Shown in pieces: positions 21,407-31,276 of a stretch of DNA of 64,000 nucleotides (its first letter is position 1; every line of letters begins with the position of its first letter). Below the pieces are notes generated by a model. That model made no database searches, had not been told where the DNA came from, and saw nothing but the letters and a program-made list of their open reading frames with translations. Origin of the DNA: Synechococcus sp. (GTDB lineage Bacteria > Cyanobacteriota > Cyanobacteriia > PCC-6307 > Cyanobiaceae); the NCBI GenBank assembly GCA_047286485.1, contig JBJBBH010000005.1, positions 186,056 to 250,055 of the forward strand, written 5' to 3'. The position numbers and the translations under genes are program-made.

Positions 21407-21988
21407 TCAGGCGGCCGATTCATCCAGTCCGAGCCGGGAGCGGGTGTCACGAACCTGGGCTTCGATGGCATTGCGGAGCCAGGCCTGGTTCGACCAGTCT
21501 TCATGCAAGGCCAGTCTCTCCACCTCCTGCATCAGGTCCAGCGGCAGCTGAAGGTTCACGGTCTGAATGCTGTGGGGACTGGCCAGTCCTCCCTGGTGGG
21601 GAGCATCGAGATGGAGCACTTGCACCTTCAACACCTGAAGCCTGGTGCCGATTCGGGGGAGGCGGTTGCGCACCTGTCGCACCGTTAATCGCACAGGGCA
21701 ACCGGCACGAATGCGCTGCAGTCCTCTGTTGCCAAGCGGTGCGTCACGGCGGTCGGCGAACACCGGGGTGCTGATGCCGGTTTTGCCGCTGTAGCTGAAG
21801 CACACCCTGCCTTGTCCATCCCAGGGAGGGGGTGACACTTCGCCGCTTTCCCTGTCGTTCAGCAGACGACGGCGATCACGTCTGGCCGTTGCCATCACCT
21901 CGTCTGGAAGCCGAAAGATGAGACGCTGCAGGTGTTCATCACCAACAAGCGACGTCTTCGCTTCCAGAGATGTGTCGAAGACGTACAT
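21407..21988 (-). CDS. Putative T7-like (cyanopodovirus gp2.5-type) SSB OB-fold fused to a C-terminal ribbon-helix-helix domain
   Basis: PPPW..G...FSY...PVFAD...I..GCPVRL...Q....GT.L.V..VQV..L matches the recalled podophage SSB pattern; C-terminal TVNLQLPLDLMQEVERLALHEDWSNQAWLRNAIEAQV fits RHH. Confidence 0.6.
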   Translation of the reverse strand: MYVFDTSLEAKTSLVGDEHLQRLIFRLPDEVMATARRDRRRLLNDRESGEVSPPPWDGQGRVCFSYSGKTGISTPVFADRRDAPLGNRGLQRIRAGCPVRLTVRQVRNRLPRIGTRLQVLKVQVLHLDAPHQGGLASPHSIQTVNLQLPLDLMQEVERLALHEDWSNQAWLRNAIEAQVRDTRSRLGLDESAA

Positions 21989-22070
21989 GCATCAGAAGGT
22001 AATGGAGGCGCCGCAGGAGATGTTGTGGCATTTCTGCTGGCGCAGTGGGTGTGGATGAGAGCATGCGGCG

Positions 22071-22535
22071 ATGTCCTCACACTCCTGGAGCCTGAACCGG
22101 CCCCTGCTGATGGCGATCCTTGAGGATCGTCTCAGCGACCAATTCGTGGCGTCGCTGGTCTGGGAGCGATTGGAGTATCTCCCCCCTGAGGACGGTGAGG
22201 GGCCATGGCTGGCAGGCCCCGCAACGCCCGCTGCCTGGAGAGAGGCTTTCCCGGAGGCTCCGCAGGTGATTGCTTCGCGGCCTGCTTCGGTGCGTCTGAC
22301 CCGGTCGATTCCCAAGGAATCCAAACAGCTGCTGAAGCAACAGCTGCAGTTCGGCGGCTATCGAATTACCGAGCTTTATCCAAGGCGCACGCGCCGTGCC
22401 ACTGCGGTGAACTGGTTGCTGGCCTGGTTGGTGTCAGCCGGCGAGGTGCTGCCGGAGGAAGGAGCTCTGCCGCCTCTGCTCGATGCTCCGGCGGATCCGG
22501 TGCGGGGGCACCCCGGCGATCCGCCGGTGGAATGA
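22071..22535 (+). CDS. DUF1823-family cyanobacterial protein
   Basis: IL.DR.SD.FV..LVWERL.Y, W...FPEAP.VI..RPA.V.LTRSIPKE.KQLLK.QL.F.GY.I.ELYPRRTRRAT.VNWLL. Confidence 0.8.
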   Translation: MSSHSWSLNRPLLMAILEDRLSDQFVASLVWERLEYLPPEDGEGPWLAGPATPAAWREAFPEAPQVIASRPASVRLTRSIPKESKQLLKQQLQFGGYRITELYPRRTRRATAVNWLLAWLVSAGEVLPEEGALPPLLDAPADPVRGHPGDPPVE

Positions 22536-22538
22536 GCC

Positions 22539-22922
22539 TCACACCTGAATCACCACCTTGGTGCCCTTGAGCGTGTTCTCAAACAGCCAGCGGGCCTGAT
22601 GCGTGGGCATGCGCACGCAGCCATGGCTGCGGGGAACGCCGAAGGCCTGGCCGGCGTCTTCCTGCCAGGGAGCTCCATGCATGCAGATCATCTCGTTGGC
22701 GGTGATGCACATCGCATAGGGCACGCCGGGTGCGACATAGCCCCGGCCCCGCATGGTGACGGAGCGATATTTGGTCAGCACCTTGGCTTCTCCCGTGGGG
22801 GTTGGCGTGGATGCCTTGCCGGTGCTCACGGGGATGACCCGCACGATCTCTTGGTTCTTGTCGTAGACGGTGAGCTGTTGATCTGAGAGGTCCACCACCA
22901 GGGTGGCGATCAGTTCGAGCAT
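22539..22922 (-). CDS. L,D-transpeptidase (YkuD) family protein
   Basis: VDLS.Q.L, PVSTG...TPTP.G, HGAPW...FG.PRSHGCVRM. Confidence 0.88.
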   Translation of the reverse strand: MLELIATLVVDLSDQQLTVYDKNQEIVRVIPVSTGKASTPTPTGEAKVLTKYRSVTMRGRGYVAPGVPYAMCITANEMICMHGAPWQEDAGQAFGVPRSHGCVRMPTHQARWLFENTLKGTKVVIQV

Positions 22923-23105
22923 GATGGTGTGACAGCGGGTTCACTGACCCATCGCTAGCTGTCTCATTTGAGTCTTGACCGTCTCGCTCGGAAAGAATTC
23001 CCATTCCTGCTCGCGAAATGAAAAGGTGAGCCGCTTCCATCTCGGCTTCTGATCGCTCCGGCGGGCGCCTCTGTACTGTCAAGACAGTTCTTGCTGTGGA
23101 CTTTC

Positions 23106-24473
23106 TTGGCGCGTCCCGTCGTCGCAATCATCGGGCGCCCCAACGTCGGCAAGTCCACGCTCGTGAATCGTCTCTGCCGAAGTCGGGAGGCGATCGTTCA
23201 TGACCAGCCCGGTGTGACCCGTGATCGCACGTATCAGGATGGTTACTGGGGCGACAGGGAATTCAAGGTGGTCGACACCGGTGGATTGGTGTTCGATGAC
23301 GACAGTGAGTTCCTGCCTGAAATCCGTGAGCAAGCGGCGCTAGCTCTCGAGGAGGCAAGTGTCGCTGTGGTGATTGTTGACGGGCAGCAGGGCCTCACGG
23401 CATCAGACGAGGCCATTGCGGAGTTTCTGCGCGGTCAGCGTTGTCCAACACTGCTGGCGGTGAACAAGTGCGAGTCACCGGACCAAGGTCTGGCCATGGC
23501 CGCAGAGTTCTGGAGCCTTGGGCTGGGAGAGCCCTATCCCATTTCCGCAATCCACGGCGCAGGGACTGCAGAGGTTCTGGATCGGGTGCTCACGTTCCTG
23601 CCTCCGAAGGATCAGGAGGGTGATCAGGAAGAGCCGATCCAGATGGCCATCATCGGTCGCCCCAACGTGGGCAAATCAAGCCTTCTGAACGCCATCTGTG
23701 GAGAGCAGAGGGCCATCGTCAGTCCGATCCGCGGAACCACTCGCGACACGATCGACACCAGCATCGTGCGTGAAAACCGTCCCTGGCGACTGGTGGATAC
23801 CGCCGGGATCCGTCGGCGCCGAAGCGTCAACTACGGCCCTGAATTCTTCGGTATCAACCGCAGTTTCAAGGCGATTGAGCGCAGTGATGTGTGTGTGCTG
23901 GTCATCGACGCACTCGATGGTGTCACCGAGCAGGACCAACGTCTGGCGGGTCGCATCGAAGAAGACGGTCGGGCCTGCGTGGTGGTGGTCAATAAGTGGG
24001 ATGCCGTTGAGAAGGACAGCCACACCATGGCGGCCATGGAGAAGGAGCTGCGTTCCAAGCTTTATTTCCTCGACTGGGCCCCGATGCTGTTCACCTCGGC
24101 GCTCACCGGTCAGCGTGTTGACAGCATTTTCGCTCTGGCGGTTCTGGCCGTGGAACAGCACCGTCGCCGTGTCACCACATCCGTGGTCAACGAAGTGCTG
24201 AAGGAAGCACTCAGCTGGCGGAGCCCGCCGACAACCAGGGGTGGCCGGCAGGGGCGGCTTTACTACGGCACCCAGGTGGCCAGCAGGCCACCAAGTTTCA
24301 CGCTGTTCGTGAATGACCCCAAGCTGTTCGGTGATACCTATCGGCGCTACGTCGAGCGGCAGATCCGCGAAGGGCTCGGTTTTGAAGGCACTCCGCTGAA
24401 GTTGTTCTGGCGCGGAAAGCAACAGCGTGACGCGGAAAAGGATCTGGCCAGGCAGCAGAACCATCAGGGCTGA
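23106..24473 (+). CDS. der: Ribosome biogenesis GTPase Der/EngA
   Basis: Two GRPNVGKS P-loops, PGVTRDR, DTGG/DTAG, NKCE/NKWD; TTG start. Confidence 0.98.
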   Translation: MARPVVAIIGRPNVGKSTLVNRLCRSREAIVHDQPGVTRDRTYQDGYWGDREFKVVDTGGLVFDDDSEFLPEIREQAALALEEASVAVVIVDGQQGLTASDEAIAEFLRGQRCPTLLAVNKCESPDQGLAMAAEFWSLGLGEPYPISAIHGAGTAEVLDRVLTFLPPKDQEGDQEEPIQMAIIGRPNVGKSSLLNAICGEQRAIVSPIRGTTRDTIDTSIVRENRPWRLVDTAGIRRRRSVNYGPEFFGINRSFKAIERSDVCVLVIDALDGVTEQDQRLAGRIEEDGRACVVVVNKWDAVEKDSHTMAAMEKELRSKLYFLDWAPMLFTSALTGQRVDSIFALAVLAVEQHRRRVTTSVVNEVLKEALSWRSPPTTRGGRQGRLYYGTQVASRPPSFTLFVNDPKLFGDTYRRYVERQIREGLGFEGTPLKLFWRGKQQRDAEKDLARQQNHQG

Positions 24474-24478
24474 GCGGC

Positions 24479-25396
24479 ATGGATTGGCTGAGGCAGATTC
24501 CGATCGGGCAGTACGTGGATGGTGCCGGTGGTTGGCTGCGCCAGCTGGATCCCCGCCTGAAGCTGTTGTGGGTTCTGGTGTTCCTGCTCACACCGGTGCT
24601 GGCAGGTCCGATCTGGCGTGTCGCGCTGGTGTTGGCTCTGCTGCTGATCACGTTGGTGAGTGGCCTGCCGGTTCGGCTGTGGTGGCGCTCGTTGCTGCTG
24701 GTCAGTCTTCTTGGCTGCGCGGTTGGCCTGTTGGCCATGTTGCTGCCGACCGGTGATCCTGGCGCCAGCCTGAATCTGCGGCCACCGGGTGAGATCCCGG
24801 GGGTGATGCTGACGTCACCCTCCTGGGAATTGATTCGCCTCGGACCGCTTCAGTTGGGATCCCTGCAGCTGGGTCCGCTGGTGGTGGATCGTCGCTCGGC
24901 TGAGCTGGGCTTGAACAGCGCCACCTTGATCGTGACCGTCGTTCACAGCGTGAACCTGATGTTGCTCTCCACCCCCAGTGAGGAGTTGATGTGGTCCTTG
25001 AGTTGGTGGCTGGCTCCCCTGGCTCGTCTGGGAGTGCCGATTGATCGACTGAGCTTTCAGCTGTTGCTGGCTCTTCGCTTTCTGCCGTTGGTCCAGGAGG
25101 AGCTCCAGAACCTGTTGCGATCCCTCGCCAGTCGTGCAGTCAATCTGCGCCGGCTTGGTTTCAAAGCCTCCTTCGGCCTTGTGCTTTCGGTGGGAGAGCG
25201 ACTCCTGGCCAACATTCTCCTGCGTGCTGAACAGGGTGCTGAAGCGTTGCTGGCACGAGGTGGAACCTGGTTGCCTGCAGATGCGTTTCGCCCCGACTCG
25301 ACCTCGAAGGGCGCTGCCCGCAGCATTCTGAACGGGGTGGCTGCTGTGGGGCTTGTCACCGTTCTTGTTCTGCGCGGAAGGTACGGTGCTCTCTGA
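24479..25396 (+). CDS. ECF transporter transmembrane T component (CbiQ/Ycf92-like)
   Basis: IPIGQYV, LDPRLKL, LLALRF.PLVQEE.QNLLRS..SRA, ARG motif. Confidence 0.85.
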   Translation: MDWLRQIPIGQYVDGAGGWLRQLDPRLKLLWVLVFLLTPVLAGPIWRVALVLALLLITLVSGLPVRLWWRSLLLVSLLGCAVGLLAMLLPTGDPGASLNLRPPGEIPGVMLTSPSWELIRLGPLQLGSLQLGPLVVDRRSAELGLNSATLIVTVVHSVNLMLLSTPSEELMWSLSWWLAPLARLGVPIDRLSFQLLLALRFLPLVQEELQNLLRSLASRAVNLRRLGFKASFGLVLSVGERLLANILLRAEQGAEALLARGGTWLPADAFRPDSTSKGAARSILNGVAAVGLVTVLVLRGRYGAL

Positions 25397-25413
25397 TCAC
25401 CGTTTTCAGGTCT

Positions 25414-25680
25414 GTGAGCGCTGAGGGTTATCTCAATCACCCCACCTTTGGGATGCTCTACAGAGTGGCCCCTGCCGGGGAAGGTCGCGATGTGTACGCC
25501 ACGTTGTACGCCCAGCGCATGTTTTTCCTCGTCACCTTGCAGCCTCGAGGCGCTCAGTTCGAGGTGATTCCCTACCTCGACGCACGCCATCACGCTGAGC
25601 TGAATCTCGCCCGGCGTCGCCGGGATGCATCGGAGGATTACGGCAGCTGGAAGCAGTTGTTCGATCAGACCTTCATCTGA
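25414..25680 (+). CDS. pipX: PII-interacting protein X
   Basis: YLNHPTFGMLY.V, YATLYAQRMFFLV, FE.IPY.DAR. Confidence 0.95.
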   Translation: MSAEGYLNHPTFGMLYRVAPAGEGRDVYATLYAQRMFFLVTLQPRGAQFEVIPYLDARHHAELNLARRRRDASEDYGSWKQLFDQTFI

Positions 25681-25702
25681 CCATGCAAGACGGACAGCTC
25701 GG

Positions 25703-26356
25703 GTGACGGAGATTCAGAGTCGCTGGCGCCAACTGCAGCAGCGTCTCCCACAGGGAGTCAACCTGCTTGCTGTCAGCAAGACGCAGCCTGCTTCGGCCAT
25801 TCGTGAGCTTGCCGCTTGTGGTCAGCTCGATTTCGGTGAAAGTCGTGTTCAGGAGGCTTTGCCCAAGCAAGAGGCTCTGTCAGACCTCACTGATCTGCGC
25901 TGGCATTTCATTGGCCGCCTGCAGGCCAACAAGGTGCGGGCGGTGGTGAAGGCGTTCAGCTGGATCCATTCCATCGACTCCATGGCATTGGCGGAGCGTT
26001 CATCCCGGATCGCTCTCGAAGAGGGGCGTTGCCCTTCGGTGTTGTTTCAGGTGAAGCTGAGGTCTGATCCCTCCAAGGGTGGCTGGGACCCTCAGTCACT
26101 GAAAGAGGCCTGGCCTGTGCTGCGTCAGTTGCCAGGTCTGAAGGCCTCAGGGCTGATGACCATGGCCCCGCTGGGGCTGGACAGTGATGAGCGTCTGGGC
26201 CTTTTCAGGGATTGCCGCCATCTCGCCGATCAGCTCGATCTGGCTCAGTGTTCGATGGGGATGAGCGGTGATTGGCCGCAGGCAGCAGCTGCCGGAGCGA
26301 CCTGGGTCCGTGTGGGATCAGCTCTGTTTGGTGAGAGGCCGCCCGTGAACTCCTGA
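25703..26356 (+). CDS. pipY: YggS/PLPBP-family PLP homeostasis protein (PipY)
   Basis: [46 protein letters not shown]; GTG start after pipX. Confidence 0.92.
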   Translation: MTEIQSRWRQLQQRLPQGVNLLAVSKTQPASAIRELAACGQLDFGESRVQEALPKQEALSDLTDLRWHFIGRLQANKVRAVVKAFSWIHSIDSMALAERSSRIALEEGRCPSVLFQVKLRSDPSKGGWDPQSLKEAWPVLRQLPGLKASGLMTMAPLGLDSDERLGLFRDCRHLADQLDLAQCSMGMSGDWPQAAAAGATWVRVGSALFGERPPVNS

Positions 26357-26462
26357 TCGGAGTGATCAAATCAACGTTGCGGGATGGACATCAATTCATC
26401 TGGACACGCTTGCTCACAACTCCCTTGAGCGCTATTCAGGGTCAAGGTTCTGCAGATTTCCA

Positions 26463-27038
26463 GTGTCGTTGATTTCTCGCCTTCGCGCGGTTGTTGCTGG
26501 TGATGATTACCTGGACGGCGATTACGACGAGCTCGATTACGACACCGGTGAGCATGACGACAACATGCAGGGCATGTCGTCTGTGAACACCAGTGCTCTG
26601 GCTCCTCTGGACGCATCCAATCCTTTCGAAATGGACCAGAATTTCTCTGGTTCCAATGTGATCGGTATGCCTGGAATCAGTTCCGGCACGGCAGAGGTTT
26701 CACTGATGGAACCCCGCAGCTTTGACGAAATGCCAAGAGCAATTCAGGCATTGCGCGAACGTAAAACCGTGATTCTCAATCTCACGATGATGGAGCCTGA
26801 CCAGGCTCAGAGAGCGGTTGATTTTGTGGCTGGTGGAACATTCGCCATTGATGGTCATCAAGAGCGTGTTGGCGAAAGCATCTTCCTGTTCGCTCCGAGC
26901 TGCGTCACCGTCACCAACGCCAGTCAGGAGGAGAGCACCACTCCCACCGTTGTGACCAAGGATGTTGAGCAAGCTTCGGCCGAGAGCAGTGTCGCCCCAG
27001 CACCGGCGTGGGCTGTTTCCGATGCTGCCGCTCTTTGA
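26463..27038 (+). CDS. sepF: Cell division protein SepF
   Basis: EPRSFDE...[13 protein letters not shown]....[11 protein letters not shown]. Confidence 0.95.
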   Translation: MSLISRLRAVVAGDDYLDGDYDELDYDTGEHDDNMQGMSSVNTSALAPLDASNPFEMDQNFSGSNVIGMPGISSGTAEVSLMEPRSFDEMPRAIQALRERKTVILNLTMMEPDQAQRAVDFVAGGTFAIDGHQERVGESIFLFAPSCVTVTNASQEESTTPTVVTKDVEQASAESSVAPAPAWAVSDAAAL

Positions 27039-27050
27039 GTTGTCGCTTCG

Positions 27051-27869
27051 GTGAGTGTTTCCGTTGGTGTGATTGGCCTGGGTCGGATGGCCCAGGCTCT
27101 GATCCTTCCTCTGATTGAGAAAGGCAAGCTTCAGTCAACCGATGTCATTGGGATTGTTGGTCGAGAAACGTCGGCCGCACGGTTGACTTCTGATTTGCCC
27201 AAGGATTTGTTGGTTGTCCCGGCATCTGATCCTCGGGCCATCGACGCCTGGGAAGCACCGGTTCAGCTGTTGGCCGTCAAGCCACAGCAGCTTGATGCTG
27301 TCGCCGAAGGCGTGAATCCACCTCAGTCTGGACAGTCGCCACTGCTGATTTCTGTGTTGGCGGGGGTCACCCTGGAGCGTCTGCAGAGACAATTTCCGGG
27401 GCGCGTGTGCGTGCGTGCTGTTCCCAACACGCCTTGTCTGGTGGGTGCAGGCTTGTGTGGGCTGGCATGGGGGGACGGGATTACGGCTCAGCAGCGTCAG
27501 TGGGTGAAGGAGGCCTTCGAGCCTGTGAGCGAAGTGCTTGAGCTGCCGGAGTCGAGGCTGGATGCCTTTCTGGCGCTGACCTCTTCAGGTCCTGCCTATG
27601 TGGCTCTGGTCGCCGAGGCGATGGCCGATGGTGCTGTTGCGGCTGGATTGCCGCGCGATCAGGCTCACCATCTCGCCCATCGCACGCTGGCCGGCACTGC
27701 CGCGTTGCTCGATCAGCAGCAATTGCACCCAGCTCAGCTCAAAGACATGGTTGCCTCTCCAGGCGGCACGACCATGGCAGCGCTGAAACATCTGGAAAAA
27801 GCAGGATTGCGCTCAGCCTTGATTGAAGCGGTCATCGCTGCCACCGAACACGGACGCGCTCTGCGTTAA
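27051..27869 (+). CDS. proC: Pyrroline-5-carboxylate reductase
   Basis: IGLGRMA, LAVKPQ, ISVLAG, RAVPNTP, SGPAY, V.SPGGTT. Confidence 0.95.
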   Translation: MSVSVGVIGLGRMAQALILPLIEKGKLQSTDVIGIVGRETSAARLTSDLPKDLLVVPASDPRAIDAWEAPVQLLAVKPQQLDAVAEGVNPPQSGQSPLLISVLAGVTLERLQRQFPGRVCVRAVPNTPCLVGAGLCGLAWGDGITAQQRQWVKEAFEPVSEVLELPESRLDAFLALTSSGPAYVALVAEAMADGAVAAGLPRDQAHHLAHRTLAGTAALLDQQQLHPAQLKDMVASPGGTTMAALKHLEKAGLRSALIEAVIAATEHGRALR

Positions 27870-29059
27870 GCCGCCAGTGGAGCGCGGCGCATCAGCTCGC
27901 CATACAGCTGCTCGAGGGCATCGATGTTGCGGCTGATGGTGTAGCGCTCAAGCACTCTTTCGCGGGCTTGTCGGCCGAGTTCGCGCGTCAGCACAGGTTG
28001 ATCGCGCAGCACCGGAAGCAAGGTGCGCAGTTGGCTGGTCACCCCCAGCGTGCTCATCACGATCCCTGCTCCACCGGAGAGCACTTCTCCATCGGCTCCG
28101 GCATCAGTGGCGACACAGGCACAGCCACTGGCCATGGCTTCAAGCAGTGCCAGTGATAGTCCCTCCACGAGAGAAGGAAGCACAAACACTTCGGCGCATT
28201 GAAGCAGCGCAATACGCGTGGCTCGATCCGCTTCATAGCCCCACCAGAGCACGTCCTCGTCGAAACTGTTCTGCAGGGTGCTGCGCAGAGGTCCTTCGCC
28301 GACAATCACCAGTCGACAGCCCTCCATCGCGACCAGGCGCCAGGCCTGCAGAAGCGCTTCCACATTTTTCTCGGTGGCAACGCGCCCCATGTACAGGAAG
28401 ACGCGCCCCTGACCGAGGCGGGATCGCACCCGATGCAAGGCGCTGCCGATCGCCGGTGTGCTGCCCTGCTCTGTCTGCGGCACGGAGGGAGTCCACTGGT
28501 TGGTGTCAACACCGTTGGGGATCACGGCCAGACGGTTTTCACGCACGCCCAGACGCGCGAGGAATTCAGCTTGCAGATCGGAGAACACGATCACCCGGTC
28601 GTACTTGGAGAGTGCCGGTGCATACAGCTGATAGGTGAGCTGCTGCGTGCCTGCCGTCAGGTTGCGAAGGCTGGCGTCGAAGGGGGGGTGGAAGGTGGCC
28701 ACCAAGGGCACTCCCAACTGCTGACACAGCTCCGGCAGGCGGAAGTCCAGTGGTGAAAGGGTGAGGCTCGCATGCACCAGATCGGGCTGCAGACGTTCCA
28801 GCGATTCCCTCAATTCACGCTGGGCACCCGGTGAGGGGATTGTGTAAACCTGCGACTTCACGAGATAGGGAAGGCTCACATCGGGGTCGTTGGCAAGAAG
28901 CGATGTGCCGCTGCCCGGTGCCTTCGGATTGTCGAAGTGAATGAAACTGGTCTGATGACCCCTTGCCCTCAGGGCCTCCGTTGTGCTGAGCCCATAGGTG
29001 ACATTGCCGCAGAACGGAGTTTTTTTGCCTAGCCAGGCAATATGCGTCACCGCCACCAT
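27866..29059 (-). CDS. GT4-family glycosyltransferase
   Basis: CGNVTYG, IPNGVD, MGR...EKN, PS.VEGLSL.LLEAMA.G. Confidence 0.9.
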   Translation of the reverse strand: MVAVTHIAWLGKKTPFCGNVTYGLSTTEALRARGHQTSFIHFDNPKAPGSGTSLLANDPDVSLPYLVKSQVYTIPSPGAQRELRESLERLQPDLVHASLTLSPLDFRLPELCQQLGVPLVATFHPPFDASLRNLTAGTQQLTYQLYAPALSKYDRVIVFSDLQAEFLARLGVRENRLAVIPNGVDTNQWTPSVPQTEQGSTPAIGSALHRVRSRLGQGRVFLYMGRVATEKNVEALLQAWRLVAMEGCRLVIVGEGPLRSTLQNSFDEDVLWWGYEADRATRIALLQCAEVFVLPSLVEGLSLALLEAMASGCACVATDAGADGEVLSGGAGIVMSTLGVTSQLRTLLPVLRDQPVLTRELGRQARERVLERYTISRNIDALEQLYGELMRRAPLAA

Positions 29060-29078
29060 TCACAGGCCAAGGCTGACG

Positions 29079-30491
29079 CTAGCAGCGCTGCCAGGGCCGC
29101 TCGAGCAGAGCCGCCGCTAAAGCCAACAGAGCAAGCAACCACAACACCGGACTGAGCCCGATGCTGCTCACCAAAGTGCCTGCAAGCACAAGCGGCAGGC
29201 TGAGGGCGATGTTGATCAGGTTGTTCTGAAGGCCAAAGACTCTGCCTCTTTGGGATTCAGGAGTTTCTTCCTGGATGGTGGTCTGTGCCGGAATGGCGAC
29301 GAGTGCCGCTCCGACGCCGAGGATCCCGCAGAGAGCCAGGGTGCTGTTGAGTGAGCCCTTGAACTGGCTGAGCAACACCAGTGAAAACGTGATCAGCCCA
29401 AGCCCCGCTGAGCTGAGTCGACGACGACTGAAGTGATGTCCAAGCTGGGCCATCATCACGGCGCCAACGGCCATGCCCAGTCCGCTCATGGCCAGCAGCA
29501 TGCCGAAACCGGAGGGGCCAAGACTGCGAATCAGGCCTGCTAACTGAAGGGCCAAAACGTAGAGAGCCGCGAGCAGGCTGTAGAGCAGCACCAGGTGAAC
29601 CATGGCGTTACGCACCGTGGGGATGCGCTTCAGCACCTGAAGCCCTTCACCGATTTCGTGCCAGACCGATCGACCATCGTTGTGAATCGCCCGTTCCCGG
29701 TGGCGGACCGCCAGCAGACTCAGAGCCGCCATGCCGTAACAGAACGGCAGCAGAATGAACTCACCACCACGCACGCCCACTGCGCTGAACAGGTGATTCA
29801 GGCCTCGCAGGATCGGCTCACCCAAGGCGAAGCCAACGATCGTGGCTCCCATGCTGGTGGTTTGGTACAGGGAGTTTGCTGCGAGCAGGTGTTCGCCTGG
29901 CACAAGCAAGGTGATGGCCGCCTGTTCGGCCGGTGCAAAGAACTGCGTGAGAATGGATTCGACAAAGGTCATGCCGATCAGACCCCAGTAGCCCCATGGC
30001 AAGCCAAGGATCAGGGGGCCTGGAATCAAGAACAAAGGGGTCAGCATCACCATGAGTGCTCGCAACCCGTTGGAGGCCACCATCACGCGCCGTTTCGGCC
30101 AGCGGTCAACCCAGACCCCCGCCACGCTGCCTAACACCATCGCCGGCAGTGTGTTGGCCACGAAGATCCCAGTGGCCAGAAGGGTGATCACCTTGGTACG
30201 GGTGCTGATGTCGAGCCCGTAATCGGATGCCACCTCCGCAAGAACGCCGTTCTGCTGAGAGGTGAGCAGCAAGTGCTGATCGATCAGAAAGACCATCAGC
30301 ACGATGTAGAACTTGTCCGCCAGCTGGGAGAAGATCTGGCCGATCCAGAGTTTGCGGAAGTCGCTCAGGCGCAGGACGGCCTGGAGTCCACGACTTCCCT
30401 CCGGGTTGCTGCCGGTGGGTAGGACCGGTTCTGGACTGTTCAGGGGGGATCCGCTCAAGGTTCCAGCGATGACCGGGTCATGATCGCTCAC
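29079..30491 (-). CDS. MFS transporter
   Basis: F.KLWIGQIFSQLADK, GVWVDRWPKR.VM, about 12 hydrophobic segments; GTG start overlapping the recO stop. Confidence 0.88.
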   Translation of the reverse strand: MSDHDPVIAGTLSGSPLNSPEPVLPTGSNPEGSRGLQAVLRLSDFRKLWIGQIFSQLADKFYIVLMVFLIDQHLLLTSQQNGVLAEVASDYGLDISTRTKVITLLATGIFVANTLPAMVLGSVAGVWVDRWPKRRVMVASNGLRALMVMLTPLFLIPGPLILGLPWGYWGLIGMTFVESILTQFFAPAEQAAITLLVPGEHLLAANSLYQTTSMGATIVGFALGEPILRGLNHLFSAVGVRGGEFILLPFCYGMAALSLLAVRHRERAIHNDGRSVWHEIGEGLQVLKRIPTVRNAMVHLVLLYSLLAALYVLALQLAGLIRSLGPSGFGMLLAMSGLGMAVGAVMMAQLGHHFSRRRLSSAGLGLITFSLVLLSQFKGSLNSTLALCGILGVGAALVAIPAQTTIQEETPESQRGRVFGLQNNLINIALSLPLVLAGTLVSSIGLSPVLWLLALLALAAALLERPWQRC

Positions 30492-31276
30492 TGCGCCGGC
30501 ATGCAGTGGCTGACCATCTCGAGCGAGCGCACCGGGCGGGGCAGATGGGTGCGGCACCAGCATTCCAGGACAGCCAGGAGCTTCAGCCACACCGCACGTG
30601 GGCCCATCAGTTCGCCATCGCGTCGCCTGGGGAGTTCTGCCCGGGGCAACCGTTGCAGAAGAGCCAGCTCGGACGGATTGAACTGAAGCGTGGCGCCCGG
30701 CAGGGAGCCGATCGCCAGCCCCTCCTCCGGCAGAAGGCTGCAGCGCCATTCCCACTGGCCGATCGGCGGTGCCAGCTCCGCTCCCGTGCGACAGCAGTTC
30801 TGCAGTGGGATTCCATAGCCGCCCAGCGCGAGCAGATGGACTCCCGCCTGCACGAGCATGGCCAGGCAGAGATCCGCGTCGGGTTGGCTGGAGCGGCTCA
30901 AAGCTTCGAGGCTTTCGAGATGAATCAGCACCGTGTCGAGCATGCCGGGAACTGGGTCGCAGTCACTCACCAGGGCAATGGCAAGCTCCGCTAACGCCTG
31001 GGCCGCTGCCAGCGTTTCCAGTTGCTGGCCCACACCGCTGTAGTTATGCACAACCTGGAGCTGCCGCACCCTCTTCAGACTGCGACGGCCCACCACCTGC
31101 AGATCCAGCAGGGTGAGCGGCACTGCAGCGGCCAGGCTGCTGCGTGGTTTGCGGGCTCCAGGTACCGCCAGTCGCACCACGCCGGCTTCGTCACTGAGCA
31201 GGGTCAGCAGCCGGTCATGCTCCCCGAGGGGCCCCACCTTGAGGGCCAGCCCCGTTAAGCGCTGATCCCCGCTCAT
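30488..31276 (-). CDS. recO: DNA repair protein RecO
   Basis: LK..PLGE.DRLLTLLS, A.PGARKP.S, C..TG Cys cluster. Confidence 0.9.
   Translation of the reverse strand: MSGDQRLTGLALKVGPLGEHDRLLTLLSDEAGVVRLAVPGARKPRSSLAAAVPLTLLDLQVVGRRSLKRVRQLQVVHNYSGVGQQLETLAAAQALAELAIALVSDCDPVPGMLDTVLIHLESLEALSRSSQPDADLCLAMLVQAGVHLLALGGYGIPLQNCCRTGAELAPPIGQWEWRCSLLPEEGLAIGSLPGATLQFNPSELALLQRLPRAELPRRRDGELMGPRAVWLKLLAVLECWCRTHLPRPVRSLEMVSHCMPAQ

Noticed and set aside
23075-23088. ACTGTC-AA-GACAGT inverted repeat upstream of der
   Set aside because: Only 6-bp arms; within chance expectation for 64 kb and no supporting motif.
25414-27869. pipX-pipY-sepF-proC linkage
   Set aside because: Well-described conserved cyanobacterial arrangement.
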